Shown in pieces: positions 1-9,849 of a stretch of DNA of 64,000 nucleotides. The number at the start of each line of letters is the position of its first letter. The stretch's first letter is position 1. The position numbers and the translations under genes were made by a program. Location: IMG/VR virus record IMGVR_UViG_3300010052_000216, positions 9,352 to 73,351 of that record. One strand, given 5' to 3'. This DNA is from a virus. Taxonomy: Duplodnaviria > Caudoviricetes. The notes below the pieces were generated by a model. It saw only the letters and a list, made by a program, of their open reading frames with translations, was not told the origin of the DNA and did not search any database.

Positions 1-764
1 ATTAGTTGCTTGCCTGCCGATTTGCGTTGGGCTCGCCAGGCATTGAGTCCCGCCACGGCCAAAAACGGCACAAACCCGGCCCCCAACATGCTCAACACCA
101 ACGTGCTCACCGAGAATCCCGAACTTGTCGAATCAGCGGGCGGGATCTGCAGCGGCGGCTGATCGAAGGCCGGCAGCGGAATTCGCACGCCATCCCAAGG
201 CGCTTGACCGTGCTGCGTCTCTCGCACGGGTGTTTGTTGCAGCTTAATCACGTACTGCTTAATGGCACCGGTGATGTCATTCGCCAGTTCGGTCGGCTTG
301 CCTTTGTAGGGGCTTTGGAACACGACGGTCGTCGGATCGCCGTACTTGCCGCTGCGCGGCGGCTGCACCAGGATCGTCGGGAATGAGCGGATGTCGAGGT
401 TTTCGAAACGCCAGGCCTGCGACGCATCTTGGTAGTCGTAGTAATTGAAATTGGCCCAACTCCGCTCGGGATCTTCAGGGTTGGCCAGCGCACTCAGATT
501 GGCGTTCTTCTGCCAATCTTCCTTGAGCTTGGTGCATGGACCGCAGCCCTTGATGGTCACCACGGTGATAAACCACTTGTCGGCCTTCGTTTGCGGGGGA
601 GCCAAAGCCTCCATTGCCACGTCCGCCGCACTTTGCTGGATGCCATTGACGTGCTGGACCATGTTGCCGCAGCGGAGGACGGCGGCGGTGTCGATTTCGG
701 CGGCGGGGACCGACGCCGAAAAAGCTATCGAGAATACGACTAGAAGTGAGGGGAGCAATTTCAT
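1..764 (-). CDS. Exported, membrane-anchored thioredoxin-fold protein (CGPC); runs off window edge, absent from ORF track
   Basis: Manual translation from ATG 764 gives MKLLPSLLVVFSIAFSASVPAA (signal peptide)...TIKGCGPCTKLKEDW...RSFPTILV (cis-Pro loop-like)...LVLSMLGAGFVPFLAVAGL (TM helix). No stop before position 1. Confidence 0.8.
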   Translation of the reverse strand, partial: MKLLPSLLVVFSIAFSASVPAAEIDTAAVLRCGNMVQHVNGIQQSAADVAMEALAPPQTKADKWFITVVTIKGCGPCTKLKEDWQKNANLSALANPEDPERSWANFNYYDYQDASQAWRFENLDIRSFPTILVQPPRSGKYGDPTTVVFQSPYKGKPTELANDITGAIKQYVIKLQQTPVRETQHGQAPWDGVRIPLPAFDQPPLQIPPADSTSSGFSVSTLVLSMLGAGFVPFLAVAGLNAWRAQRKSAGKQL

Positions 765-895
765 GAATCGCGATCCTTGGAGTGAAGAAGGTGCAGAACG
801 AGACACGCGAACGTTAGGAGCAGATTGGTGCCGACCAGGGCCAAGAGGATGGTGCGCCACCAAAGGAGTTTTTCGAGGGCGTCGATGATGAACAT
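761..895 (-). CDS. 44-aa single-pass membrane peptide
   Basis: MFIIDALEKLLWWRTILLALVGTNLLLTFACLVLHLLHSKDRDS*. Its stop overlaps the next start (ATGA at 761-764); it starts 4 nt after the upstream stop. Confidence 0.7.
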   Translation of the reverse strand: MFIIDALEKLLWWRTILLALVGTNLLLTFACLVLHLLHSKDRDS

Positions 896-898
896 GGC

Positions 899-1486
899 TT
901 ACCACCAACGCCGATATTGAGGACGTGCCGGATGCGGTGGAGCGCTAAGAATCACGACCCACGGACCGCTCGCTTCATGCAAGCGGCGGAATTGACTGTC
1001 GCTGTAGCTATCGATCTTTTGCGGCGAGTTGTTGTTGCAGACATACCAGCGGTCGTCACTGGTCACCGCCGTTCCATTCCCGTCCCAGCCAACCAGCGTT
1101 TGGAAGTGGGCCGTGCCGCAACCGATCGCCGCGCCGCGCTGATTCTGGACAGCCCACCGCATCCAGTCGTAGGTCGTGGAACCCGTGATGTTCCAGGCCT
1201 GGATGCCACGTTTGCGGCAGTAGTCAGCGACGCGTCCCGGCCAACTGCCGCCCCGTTCCCGCGAGCCACACTCGGTGTTCCACAAGAGTGTGGCTGCCTT
1301 GCGGTCGTTTTGATCGACACCGCACATGCCGATCGAGCACTGGACGCACGAGCCATCGGGATTACGGAACCACTGCCGTGCGGCGGACGGCAGATCGACG
1401 GCCAGGCGCGGATCGGGCGGCTCCAGTGCCCCGAGAGCCGTCATCATGAAGCTAGCGAACAGAAAAATACCGACGAAGGGGCGCAA
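899..1486 (-). CDS. Exported papain-fold (C39-like) cysteine peptidase, putative
   Basis: TTG start with AAGGAGG SD and hydrophobic N-terminus. GSCVQCS (Cys), HFQTLVGWD (His) and WYVCNNNSP (Asn) occur in papain-fold order. Confidence 0.6.
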   Translation of the reverse strand: MRPFVGIFLFASFMMTALGALEPPDPRLAVDLPSAARQWFRNPDGSCVQCSIGMCGVDQNDRKAATLLWNTECGSRERGGSWPGRVADYCRKRGIQAWNITGSTTYDWMRWAVQNQRGAAIGCGTAHFQTLVGWDGNGTAVTSDDRWYVCNNNSPQKIDSYSDSQFRRLHEASGPWVVILSAPPHPARPQYRRWW

Positions 1487-1531
1487 AGAATCCTCCTTAT
1501 TGAAAGAGAAAGAGAAAAGACTCAGCCATGC

Positions 1532-1861
1532 CTATTGGCTGAGTCGAATGCGCACGCTGGTATCACCACTTGCGGCGGCACGGACGACTTTGCCGATGAC
1601 CTTATTGCCCGCGGAGGTCGTGGTAGCAACATTGGCCGTGTCGTCCCAATACAGAATCTGCCCCACCGTAAACGCGACCCCGGTGTTCTTGGTGAAGTCG
1701 AACACCCCGCAAACGGCTAGAGAGCCGAGTTCGCCTGCGGCCAGCGCGCGGCTCACCACACCCACCAGATCGCCTTGGACGACCACATCGCCGGCAGCGA
1801 GCGTCCCGCTGGCCGTGTAATCCAGATAACTACCTTCTTGCACGTACGTTGCTTGCGGCAT
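1532..1861 (-). CDS. DUF2190-family capsid cement/decoration protein
   Basis: MPQATYVQEG...AGDVVVQGDLVGV...G..LYWD...GNKVIGK pattern; directly follows the capsid gene. Confidence 0.8.
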   Translation of the reverse strand: MPQATYVQEGSYLDYTASGTLAAGDVVVQGDLVGVVSRALAAGELGSLAVCGVFDFTKNTGVAFTVGQILYWDDTANVATTTSAGNKVIGKVVRAAASGDTSVRIRLSQ

Positions 1862-1914
1862 CAGCTCGCTCCTCAAAGTTAAAATGAATGAAAAGTTCCG
1901 TCTGCCGATACCAC

Positions 1915-3852
1915 TTACACTTCACCCTTGGCCTTTACGCCGCCGCGTGGGTCTTGCAGCGCCACGCCGAAATCATGAAAACCGCGCATCTTGACACCCA
2001 ACGTGTTGAAGTCGGCTTCGGCCGTCTCGATGGTGGGTGACTCTTGGCCATTGAGGAACGCGACTTCGATCACCGGCAGATCCGTTGGGTTGGCCAACAG
2101 ATACCAAGCCTTCGACGAGAAACCGGGGTACAACGCATTGGCCAGATACTGACTTATTTCCGGACGGTATTTCCCTTGATGGGGGTTGGCGACCGGGAAC
2201 TTGGCGTTGGCCGTCGTGTCCCGCATTTCCAGGGACTTGTTCAATTGCGAGCCCATCGCCGAGAGCGCGGTGGGCAGGAGCATGATGGCCGGCAGCAAGC
2301 CTACGGGCTTGCCGTCGCTATCCACCTGCTCCAGGAACGTCACTTCCGTTTTCGTGAGGCCGTCGATCCCGAGGGCCGTGTCGGCCCCGCTGACGTAGTT
2401 CTTGTTCCCCACCGAAAAGAACGACCCATTATTCAAGAAGGTCGTCCAGAAGACGTCATTGATCTTGAGGCCCGAGCCACGACCTAGCTTGCGGGGCACG
2501 GTCGTAATGGCACCGAGGTCGTCGTTGATCAGATCGCGCCGATCAATCGTAAGCACCAAGCCGTAGGTGTCGGCCTTGTTGGAGTATTGCTCGTTCCCCA
2601 AGGTGCCGCTCTTGAGTTCACCGCCGGGAGCGACTTGCTCGTACTGATCCTTGCCGATCAAGCGATAGCTCGTCACGGTTTTAAAGTCACTGACGTTGCG
2701 GACGGCGCAGATATTCCGCCAGACGCGTTCGACCGAGAAGAATCCTTCGAGCAGGTACTTGTTGGCGACGTTCGACAGAATGCCGCCCAAGTCAATCGTC
2801 GAGAGCCCCGCTTCGATGGAGTGGCCAAAGGCCGAACGTAAGACTTCGCGACTGTCCCGGAAATTGCGGCCCGTGTAACCATTGGCCCAGGCCGCTTCGA
2901 GAATCAACTCTTGCAAGCCGATGCCACCGCGGAAGCGCCGCGAGGCTAGCTCCAAAGTTTGGGGTTCGAACGCCGCTTCGACATTGGCAGCTCGGGCGGA
3001 AAGCAAGCAGGCGGCTTCCAGCACCGCGCCGTTGACCGTGTTATTGACCACGTGCATGGCGGGCGCGGCAGGCCGAGCGCTGCGCAGAACTTCCAGTTCG
3101 GTCCGTTGCTCGGTCCAACCGTCGCGAATCGCGCGAGCTTCGATCTCCGGGTATTGCCCAGCGCAGATCCGCCGCACGGCGTTGATTCGCTCCAGTTCGG
3201 CCGCCGCTTGCGCACGGATCTCGGCGACCGTGGCTGCGGGGGTTGCCACGTTCTCTTGCTGGAGTGCCAAGTTTTCGAGGCTCTCAGGCTCCTTGTTCGC
3301 CGCTACGCTCGCGCTGGTTGCCCCATCCGCACCCAGATCGACGAAGCTAATCTCGCCCAAGGTGGATTTACGAACAACGTTCAACGGCCCCGCGTGTTCC
3401 TTGCCGTTCACCGTTACTTTTTGTTGGTCCTTCACGAATTCGAATTCCTCGACGCTTGCGCCCACCGAGGCCTGCCATGGGAACCCGTTCTTGGAACTCG
3501 TCACGACTTCTCGCGCGGCAGCTGTGTCGCGCGAGACAATCCCGGCAGCGATCAGTTGGCCCTGCTCGATGCGAATCGAATCGCTGTGACCGACACCCGA
3601 CAACGGATCGTGACCAAAACGGATTGGTCGCGCTTGCGACGGAATCGACAAGCCAGCCAGATCCAAGATCACGGGGTGCCTCCAACCGGCGACCCGCATC
3701 GGACCGCCGGTGTAGGCCGTCATCCGAAAGCGGGGCAACGCGTTGGACGCGACGTCAGCCGCCGCTTCGAGATCGAACGTCGCGGCTCCCGTCAGTTGCA
3801 AATTCGTGGGGGTTTCAGTCGCTGCCGACCGGTTCTTCTGCAAGGTCTTCAT
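1915..3852 (-). CDS. Prohead protease-major capsid (Mu gpT-like) fusion
   Basis: N-terminal protease motifs (AYTGGPM, PIRFGHD, FPWQASVGA, EISFVDLGAD); C-terminal capsid-like region ending GVKMRGFHDFGVALQDPRG. Likely start is MKTLQ at 3852. Confidence 0.85.
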   Translation of the reverse strand: MKTLQKNRSAATETPTNLQLTGAATFDLEAAADVASNALPRFRMTAYTGGPMRVAGWRHPVILDLAGLSIPSQARPIRFGHDPLSGVGHSDSIRIEQGQLIAAGIVSRDTAAAREVVTSSKNGFPWQASVGASVEEFEFVKDQQKVTVNGKEHAGPLNVVRKSTLGEISFVDLGADGATSASVAANKEPESLENLALQQENVATPAATVAEIRAQAAAELERINAVRRICAGQYPEIEARAIRDGWTEQRTELEVLRSARPAAPAMHVVNNTVNGAVLEAACLLSARAANVEAAFEPQTLELASRRFRGGIGLQELILEAAWANGYTGRNFRDSREVLRSAFGHSIEAGLSTIDLGGILSNVANKYLLEGFFSVERVWRNICAVRNVSDFKTVTSYRLIGKDQYEQVAPGGELKSGTLGNEQYSNKADTYGLVLTIDRRDLINDDLGAITTVPRKLGRGSGLKINDVFWTTFLNNGSFFSVGNKNYVSGADTALGIDGLTKTEVTFLEQVDSDGKPVGLLPAIMLLPTALSAMGSQLNKSLEMRDTTANAKFPVANPHQGKYRPEISQYLANALYPGFSSKAWYLLANPTDLPVIEVAFLNGQESPTIETAEADFNTLGVKMRGFHDFGVALQDPRGGVKAKGEV

Positions 3853-5263
3853 CCGGAGACTCCGAGGGGGGAGAGGTTTGATTCGTTGGAGTGGCAAGGG
3901 AGAGCCCGAGATGCGTCATGAGGGCCAATTCTTTGGCGCGCTGCCGAAGTTGGGCTTCCCAGTCTTGTCCGCGCCGCGCGTATTCGTCGGCGAGTGTCGT
4001 GGTGTGATTGGCAAGGCGCGTCGCTTGAGCATTCGCCTCTTTGGCCGGATCGACATGCTCGTGCCCGTCCCAAAACCATTGATGGGTCAGATCACCGATT
4101 GGACCAAGACCCACGGGGAGCAAATCGGGGATCAACGCCGCTTCGTCGAACCAGGCAGCGAGCAAGCGATCGAGGACCACACAACCCAAGTGCGCTTGTT
4201 CCACGCGGATCGCTTTGAAGTAGGTCTGGTGATCCAGTCGACCGGAGGCGTAGTTGTAACCCGACGAATTGCCAGCAGCGACGTTGAACGGCATGTTCAA
4301 GCAGCGGGCGATTTCGTTGAGGATTTCATTTTTAAATTCCTTGTACGTCGTCGCGGGCTGCTCGGCCTGCATTTGGCTCATCTTCCAGCCACCAGGCATC
4401 GTCACGAGCGCTCGTTTTTCAAGTTGAATGGATTCGAACGGTTCGGCGGCGTCAGCTTCACCGTTTGCCGGCGCGTCGGTGTACAGGATGCCGGCGAAGT
4501 CGGCTGCTGTTTCGGCGGCAGCGAGGACGGCTAACGTGAATCGTCGCAGTTGCGCGAACAGCGGTAGCGCCGGCATGATGTCGGGAATGCCGCGAGCTTG
4601 GCCCGGCCGATCGGCACGGAACCAATGCAGGACATTGCTGGCGGGAATGCGGTCATACTTGCGATTCAAGCCTGATGCCGATTCGCCAGGATGCTTGCGG
4701 AGGACGTGATATTCAGTAGGATTCCCCGCTTGATCAAAGACAATTCCATCGACTGAGTTTGCACTTTGGAGATTCAAGTCGGGCGTGCAGACCTGATCCG
4801 CTTCAACCAGTCGAAGGTCAAGCTGGACTTGAGACTGCACACGTTCGTTGTTCGTCAAAACGGCGAACGCTTCACCGTCAGTGGCTCGCGCCATCCGCAT
4901 CGTGCGGAGGATGGCAGCGAGCCCGACGGCTTTCGACCACCGGGAAAATTCCTGCTCAATCCTGCGATTCGCCTCGGCGTTGCTCGTGAGCATCTGTAAC
5001 CGAGGACCGGTGCCAACCACATCGTGGGCCAGCGTCAGCACAATCCCGCGAGCGTAACTGTTATTAGAAACTTCGTAGCGCGAGCGGTTCCGCAACACGC
5101 GGCGAACTTCCGGGCTATTGGCCGAGTTGGCCGACAACCCATCGGCGTTCGCCCAATGGCGACGGTTGTCTTCGTTCGTGGCCGCCGCATCGTAGCGTGC
5201 CCGCACCATTCGGGACGGACGCGAAGATCTGGAGGCAAACAAGTTGGATAGCCAGGTGAACAA
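3815..5263 (-). CDS. Phage portal protein, lambda family
   Basis: LRNRSRYEVSNNSYARG, RPGQARGIP, D.SGYNYASGR and W.....VDP.KE motifs; lies between gpW-like and protease genes. Confidence 0.92.
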   Translation of the reverse strand: MFTWLSNLFASRSSRPSRMVRARYDAAATNEDNRRHWANADGLSANSANSPEVRRVLRNRSRYEVSNNSYARGIVLTLAHDVVGTGPRLQMLTSNAEANRRIEQEFSRWSKAVGLAAILRTMRMARATDGEAFAVLTNNERVQSQVQLDLRLVEADQVCTPDLNLQSANSVDGIVFDQAGNPTEYHVLRKHPGESASGLNRKYDRIPASNVLHWFRADRPGQARGIPDIMPALPLFAQLRRFTLAVLAAAETAADFAGILYTDAPANGEADAAEPFESIQLEKRALVTMPGGWKMSQMQAEQPATTYKEFKNEILNEIARCLNMPFNVAAGNSSGYNYASGRLDHQTYFKAIRVEQAHLGCVVLDRLLAAWFDEAALIPDLLPVGLGPIGDLTHQWFWDGHEHVDPAKEANAQATRLANHTTTLADEYARRGQDWEAQLRQRAKELALMTHLGLSLATPTNQTSPPSESPDEDLAEEPVGSD

Positions 5264-5266
5264 CGG

Positions 5267-5464
5267 TCAATCGGCTCCCGGAGGAACGAATTTGTTGAAT
5301 GACAAACCGCGACGCTTGGACTTAGCCGCTTGCTTCGAAGCCAGGTACTTGTCAGCTTCGATTTGGTCGGCCAACTTGTGCTGCTCGACGTTCCCGGCAT
5401 CGCCGCTAGCCTTCGCTGGGCCTTGGGCGTTTTGGCGGATCGCGTCATCGAGTTCGTCGGGCAT
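5267..5464 (-). CDS. Small head-completion (gpW-position) protein
   Basis: 65 aa with a basic C-terminus, ending 4 nt before the portal start; occupies the lambda gpW slot. Confidence 0.6.
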   Translation of the reverse strand: MPDELDDAIRQNAQGPAKASGDAGNVEQHKLADQIEADKYLASKQAAKSKRRGLSFNKFVPPGAD

Positions 5465-5499
5465 CAGAGTGTTCCAAAGCGAGTGCGTGGCTCACATGT

Positions 5500-5529
5500 T
5501 GGAACTACTCCGTGGAATGAAATTTGTCC
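5500..5529 (-). promoter_or_regulatory. GGACA-N11-ACGGAGTAGTTCCA motif upstream of head operon
   Basis: 14-bp exact match to 27789-27802; 35 nt upstream of the ATG at 5464. Confidence 0.6.
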
Positions 5530-5769
5530 GGGTAACTTCAAAAAATATTCGAAATTTTTTAGTGCAGCTGATGCGCAGTGGCACTGGCGTTTTCTATGGC
5601 GAGGAGCGGCTTGACGTGCGCCGTGAAACAATTAGGCTAAACGTGTCCAGTAAGCAACTTAGAAATAACTGAAGCTTTCAAAGCTATTCATGAATAAATC
5701 AACAATATAAAATGGATCATCTTTTCCCTTAGATCCTTAGAAGCTTAACGCCAGCCATTCACTTATATC

Positions 5770-8700
5770 ATGAAGATACTTCAACGATTCTTTTTACTAT
5801 GCTGTTTCGTTCTTGCGGTCAGTGGTATAGGAAATGCGCAACAGTTTCTTTATTGGAAAGGCCTGAACCTGCCGTGGTCTAATCCAGCGGGATGGTCTAC
5901 CAATGAGACCAGTGGCGGTTCAAGCAGTATAGCTCCAGGCGCGGATCGTAAGGCCGTATTCAATCAGACTTCCGCAAATGCCAATGCACAGACGATCGTG
6001 ATTGACTCGCCGACAAGTGCTTTGGGAATTATTGTTTTTAATAGTGGGCCCACCACATTCGTCGGCAACAACCCAGCAGGGCAGACACTCGATGTGGGGA
6101 GTACCGGCTTCACGATGAATGCTGGTGCGGGCCCGGTGATTATTGGGGACACGTCAAATCCAGTGTTACTAAATGGCGGCGGTCAATTTAATAACTATTC
6201 ATCGAATTCATTGGTTATACGGAATAACATTGACCTAATAGCATTGAATCTAAGCGGCCCCGGCGGCAGCGCTACAAGTACATTTGTTTTCGAAGGAATT
6301 ATTTCAGGTGGCTTAGGCAATGGGTCTGGGAATGTGAACATTTCCAATGGCGCTATCGTTGAGTTCAAAAACACGGCGAATTCTTTTACTGGGATTACCT
6401 CGGTCAGTGGCGAGAATTCCGTTTTGATTTACTCAGGTGGCACCGCGACGACGACGGCACAATACGGAAATGGCAGTGGAAACATTCCTAAGATCATTCA
6501 ACTTAACGGCAACGCGACGTTTCGAGTGGTCGAACAAGACCTGAATATCAACACCGGTTCTGCTGCCAATCCTTCTGCTGGATTAATATTTAAGTTTCAA
6601 GGAAGCGGAGGTGTTCTTGATGTTGCCGAAGGAAGAACCTTGACCATCGATGAGGGCACTGGATCGTCAGAGACCTATACCGGGTATCCCCTGCAAGGTA
6701 CTCTCAACACCACAATCACCAAGCGGGGTTTAGGCACTTTAGCGCTCGGTGGAAGTACGGGCGGGAACTCGAACCTCGACAGTTCCATCGTGATCGCCGA
6801 AGGAACATTGCGCATCTCAGGGACCGGATTGATGCTGGGCGCCTCCACTGCCGGGACGACGATCAAACCTGGAGCGGATTTTGACTTGAACGGCACAACA
6901 ACGACCTTCGAGCCGTTGACGATCGGTGGATCTGGCAGAAATGGGAACTCGAACGCGCTCTACAATTCGTCTACCACGGCGGCGACCTGGAACAGCTCGA
7001 TCACGCTAAACGCCGATACGTCACTTGGGACAACCGTGGGGGCGATGAATATCGGAGGGACTATTACCGGAGCTTACAATCTCACAACGCGCAACGATTC
7101 CGCACAACTCCTTAAAATCACCAGTCCGATCAATATCACAGGTTTGCTTAGCAACGCTGGCAGCGGAACGGGTACGACCGAGATTTGGGGCGCACTTAAA
7201 TCAACAGTGACCAAGGTGGTTCAAGATAGCGCGACATCGACGTTGCGCTTAATTTCCGCGCAAACTACATACACCAACGGCGTGCAACTCAAGCAGGGTT
7301 TGCTGGTTCTTGATGATGCGACGGCGCTGGGAGCTTCAGGCAGCTCTCTGACCATTGATGGTGGCAGACTCGACATAGGGTCATCCAGCATCACAATGAC
7401 AGGAACTTACACTCAAACCTGGAATGCGGATCTTTACTTTGTCGGTTCACAGAGCTTAACGATGAATGCGGGAGCGATCTCGCTAGGCAATTCCCCGACG
7501 GCGATCCGCATTGTGACTGTGCTAAATAATACACTGACCCTCGGAGGTGACATCAGCAATGGCACCCATTTGACCACGCCAACCACGGGACTTTTGAAGA
7601 ATGGCGCTGGATCATTGGTTCTTTCCGGTGGCAACACATTTACTGGAACGACCCAAATCGACCAGGGCACGCTCGTCTACCGAACTCAAAGTTCGCTCTA
7701 CAACAGTGATTCATCAAAGTGGACACCCGCAAATGTCAACGCTGCGAGCGGAACCACGATCGGCTTTGGCATTACCAGCTTTGGCGAAGCTAACATCGAC
7801 GCGTTACGCACAAGCGGCATTTTCAAATCCGGCGTGGCGTTGGGCATTGATACGTCGCTCGGTAACGGAACTCACTCATTGCAAATTGCAGATACCAGCG
7901 CGGGGAGCCTCCCTTTTGTGAAGCTTGGGACTGGTACGCTGACTTTAGGGCCGAACAATACGTATACAGGCCAAACGCAAATTCGCGCTGGCGTATTGGC
8001 CGTGAGCAGCTTGAATCGCATAAGCGGAGGCACTACCGCCAGCGGGTTGGGCGCTCCAACTACTGTCGCGACTGGCACAGTACGCATGGAAGGGACGGGA
8101 ACCATGCGTTATCTAGGCACAGGAGAAACGAGCGATCGCAATTTCTCACTCAATGCGGCCGGAGCGATTGACCAATCCGGCACGGGAAACCTGCAACTCA
8201 CCGGAAGCATCATCTCGGAAACCATGAGTTCGACCGGTCTGACTTTACTGGGTTCTACGGCGGGGACTGGAGAACTGACGCAGCGAATCGACAATTCGAA
8301 TTTCTCACTAACCAAAACGGGAAGCGGAACATGGACACTTTCCGATAATTCAAACAACCTCAGTCGGATCACCGTCAATGCAGGTGTGCTTCGTTTTTCT
8401 GGAACGGGGAACACGGTGCAAAACATCACGATGAATGGAGGAACGCTGGATTTGGGCAACAGCCCCTTGCTGCTCAAAGCAACAAGCTTTTCCATCGTCC
8501 AAGGCTCGGGCAACGCAACGATCAAAGGGGACCTCGTCCTAGGAACTGATGCCGGTGATATTGGCTCGTCTACGAGCAACCCCATCACCATCGATGGCGT
8601 CATATCCGGGCCATTTGGAATTGATTATTGGAATGCTCAATACGGTACCACGGTGCTGGGTGCTGCGAATACTTACAGCGGCCTTTCGAAAATTCAAAAC

Positions 8701-9687
8701 CAAAAAGTTGTCGTAAGCAAAATCGGTAGTTTTGGCAGCGGACCTAGCAGCTTAGGAAATCCGAGTACGGCGACCAACGCCAATTTGCAAATCGGCACAT
8801 CCACTTCCTCGAGTTCTCCTGCGTTAAGCTATGTTGGAACTGGTGAGGTAACAAGCAGAAATATCGAGGTCGTCGGCGGCACAACGAGTATCACGCTCGA
8901 TCAATCTGGAACTGGTCTGCTGAAATTTACCGGAGACCTCACTTCGGCCGTGACAGCAATCAAGACGATCAATCTGACCGGCTCGACCACTGGTACAGCG
9001 GAGTTTGCTGGCAGCATCTCGAATAGTTCCACAGGAAGTGTTTTCAGCGTTAACAAGAGCGGCACAGGAACTTGGATCCTTTCTGGCAGCAATTCCTATA
9101 CAGGGACCACGACCATCTCGGGTGGAACCTTGATTGTTAACGGGGGGGTAGTGGGAAATGTAACTATGTCGAGCCTGTCGTCGCTTGGAGGTAGCGGCAC
9201 GATTGGAGGGAATGTCACTGGCGTTGGCAACGTCTCGCCCGGGAACTCGATCGGAACATTGTTCATTGATGGAAACCTTTTTATCACGGGGTTGCATCAA
9301 TTCGAGATTTCTAAATTGACAACAACCACATTTGCTAATGATCGTATCTTCGGCATCAACACTTTGACGTACGATGGAATCTTGCAAGTGACACTAGCAT
9401 CGGATTCACTCTCGCTCGTCGGCGGTGAAAGCTGGGACTTGTATGATTTCACCACGCGAGCTGGAGTAAGCGTATTCGACAATAACGTGGACTTCGGCAA
9501 ATTAGGCGGTGGAGGAAGCTTGCCTGCAATCGCGCCAAATTTGTCTTGGGCATTTAATTATTCAGAAGGAACATTGAGTGTCGTGGCGATTCCTGAACCA
9601 ACAGCTATTGGTGGCATTATTGGTGTCCTAATCTGCACAGTTGCCATTCGACGGACAATACGAAGAACGGTAGCCAATTTAGATTGA
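5770..9687 (+). CDS. PEP-CTERM surface protein with autotransporter-associated beta-strand (PATR) repeats
   Basis: Signal peptide; about five K.G.GT..L...N.YTG.T.I..G.L repeats; C-terminal IPEPT + TM + RRTIRR; no beta-barrel. Confidence 0.85.
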   Translation: MKILQRFFLLCCFVLAVSGIGNAQQFLYWKGLNLPWSNPAGWSTNETSGGSSSIAPGADRKAVFNQTSANANAQTIVIDSPTSALGIIVFNSGPTTFVGNNPAGQTLDVGSTGFTMNAGAGPVIIGDTSNPVLLNGGGQFNNYSSNSLVIRNNIDLIALNLSGPGGSATSTFVFEGIISGGLGNGSGNVNISNGAIVEFKNTANSFTGITSVSGENSVLIYSGGTATTTAQYGNGSGNIPKIIQLNGNATFRVVEQDLNINTGSAANPSAGLIFKFQGSGGVLDVAEGRTLTIDEGTGSSETYTGYPLQGTLNTTITKRGLGTLALGGSTGGNSNLDSSIVIAEGTLRISGTGLMLGASTAGTTIKPGADFDLNGTTTTFEPLTIGGSGRNGNSNALYNSSTTAATWNSSITLNADTSLGTTVGAMNIGGTITGAYNLTTRNDSAQLLKITSPINITGLLSNAGSGTGTTEIWGALKSTVTKVVQDSATSTLRLISAQTTYTNGVQLKQGLLVLDDATALGASGSSLTIDGGRLDIGSSSITMTGTYTQTWNADLYFVGSQSLTMNAGAISLGNSPTAIRIVTVLNNTLTLGGDISNGTHLTTPTTGLLKNGAGSLVLSGGNTFTGTTQIDQGTLVYRTQSSLYNSDSSKWTPANVNAASGTTIGFGITSFGEANIDALRTSGIFKSGVALGIDTSLGNGTHSLQIADTSAGSLPFVKLGTGTLTLGPNNTYTGQTQIRAGVLAVSSLNRISGGTTASGLGAPTTVATGTVRMEGTGTMRYLGTGETSDRNFSLNAAGAIDQSGTGNLQLTGSIISETMSSTGLTLLGSTAGTGELTQRIDNSNFSLTKTGSGTWTLSDNSNNLSRITVNAGVLRFSGTGNTVQNITMNGGTLDLGNSPLLLKATSFSIVQGSGNATIKGDLVLGTDAGDIGSSTSNPITIDGVISGPFGIDYWNAQYGTTVLGAANTYSGLSKIQNQKVVVSKIGSFGSGPSSLGNPSTATNANLQIGTSTSSSSPALSYVGTGEVTSRNIEVVGGTTSITLDQSGTGLLKFTGDLTSAVTAIKTINLTGSTTGTAEFAGSISNSSTGSVFSVNKSGTGTWILSGSNSYTGTTTISGGTLIVNGGVVGNVTMSSLSSLGGSGTIGGNVTGVGNVSPGNSIGTLFIDGNLFITGLHQFEISKLTTTTFANDRIFGINTLTYDGILQVTLASDSLSLVGGESWDLYDFTTRAGVSVFDNNVDFGKLGGGGSLPAIAPNLSWAFNYSEGTLSVVAIPEPTAIGGIIGVLICTVAIRRTIRRTVANLD

Positions 9688-9849
9688 ACATAACTTCAGG
9701 TAACTTGAGTAGCACTTACTCCACAAAGTGCGTTAGTTGCCCACCTAGTTACTGCAGTTTTCTTGCGACGTAAAATTGACTCTGATAAACTCACTTCAAC
9801 ATTCCACAATGGTGGAATTAGGATTACATCATGAACCAGGGGTAGAACG

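Noticed and set aside
6-888. Track ORFs 6-386, 429-743, 445-888 (+) and 248-493, 277-459 (-)
   Set aside because: They are shadows or off-frame readings of the real minus-strand thioredoxin and 44-aa genes, which have coupled starts and recognisable motifs.
5492-5497. ATG-TGA mini-ORF after the GGAG in the shared motif
   Set aside because: Not present in the other motif copies; likely chance.
917-5672. Long plus-strand ORFs opposite the head genes (e.g. 917-1720, 2959-3921, 3743-4534)
   Set aside because: Antisense shadows typical of GC-rich coding DNA; no motifs.
5770-9687. Calling this a type V autotransporter
   Set aside because: It has PATR repeats but ends in PEP-CTERM with no beta-barrel.
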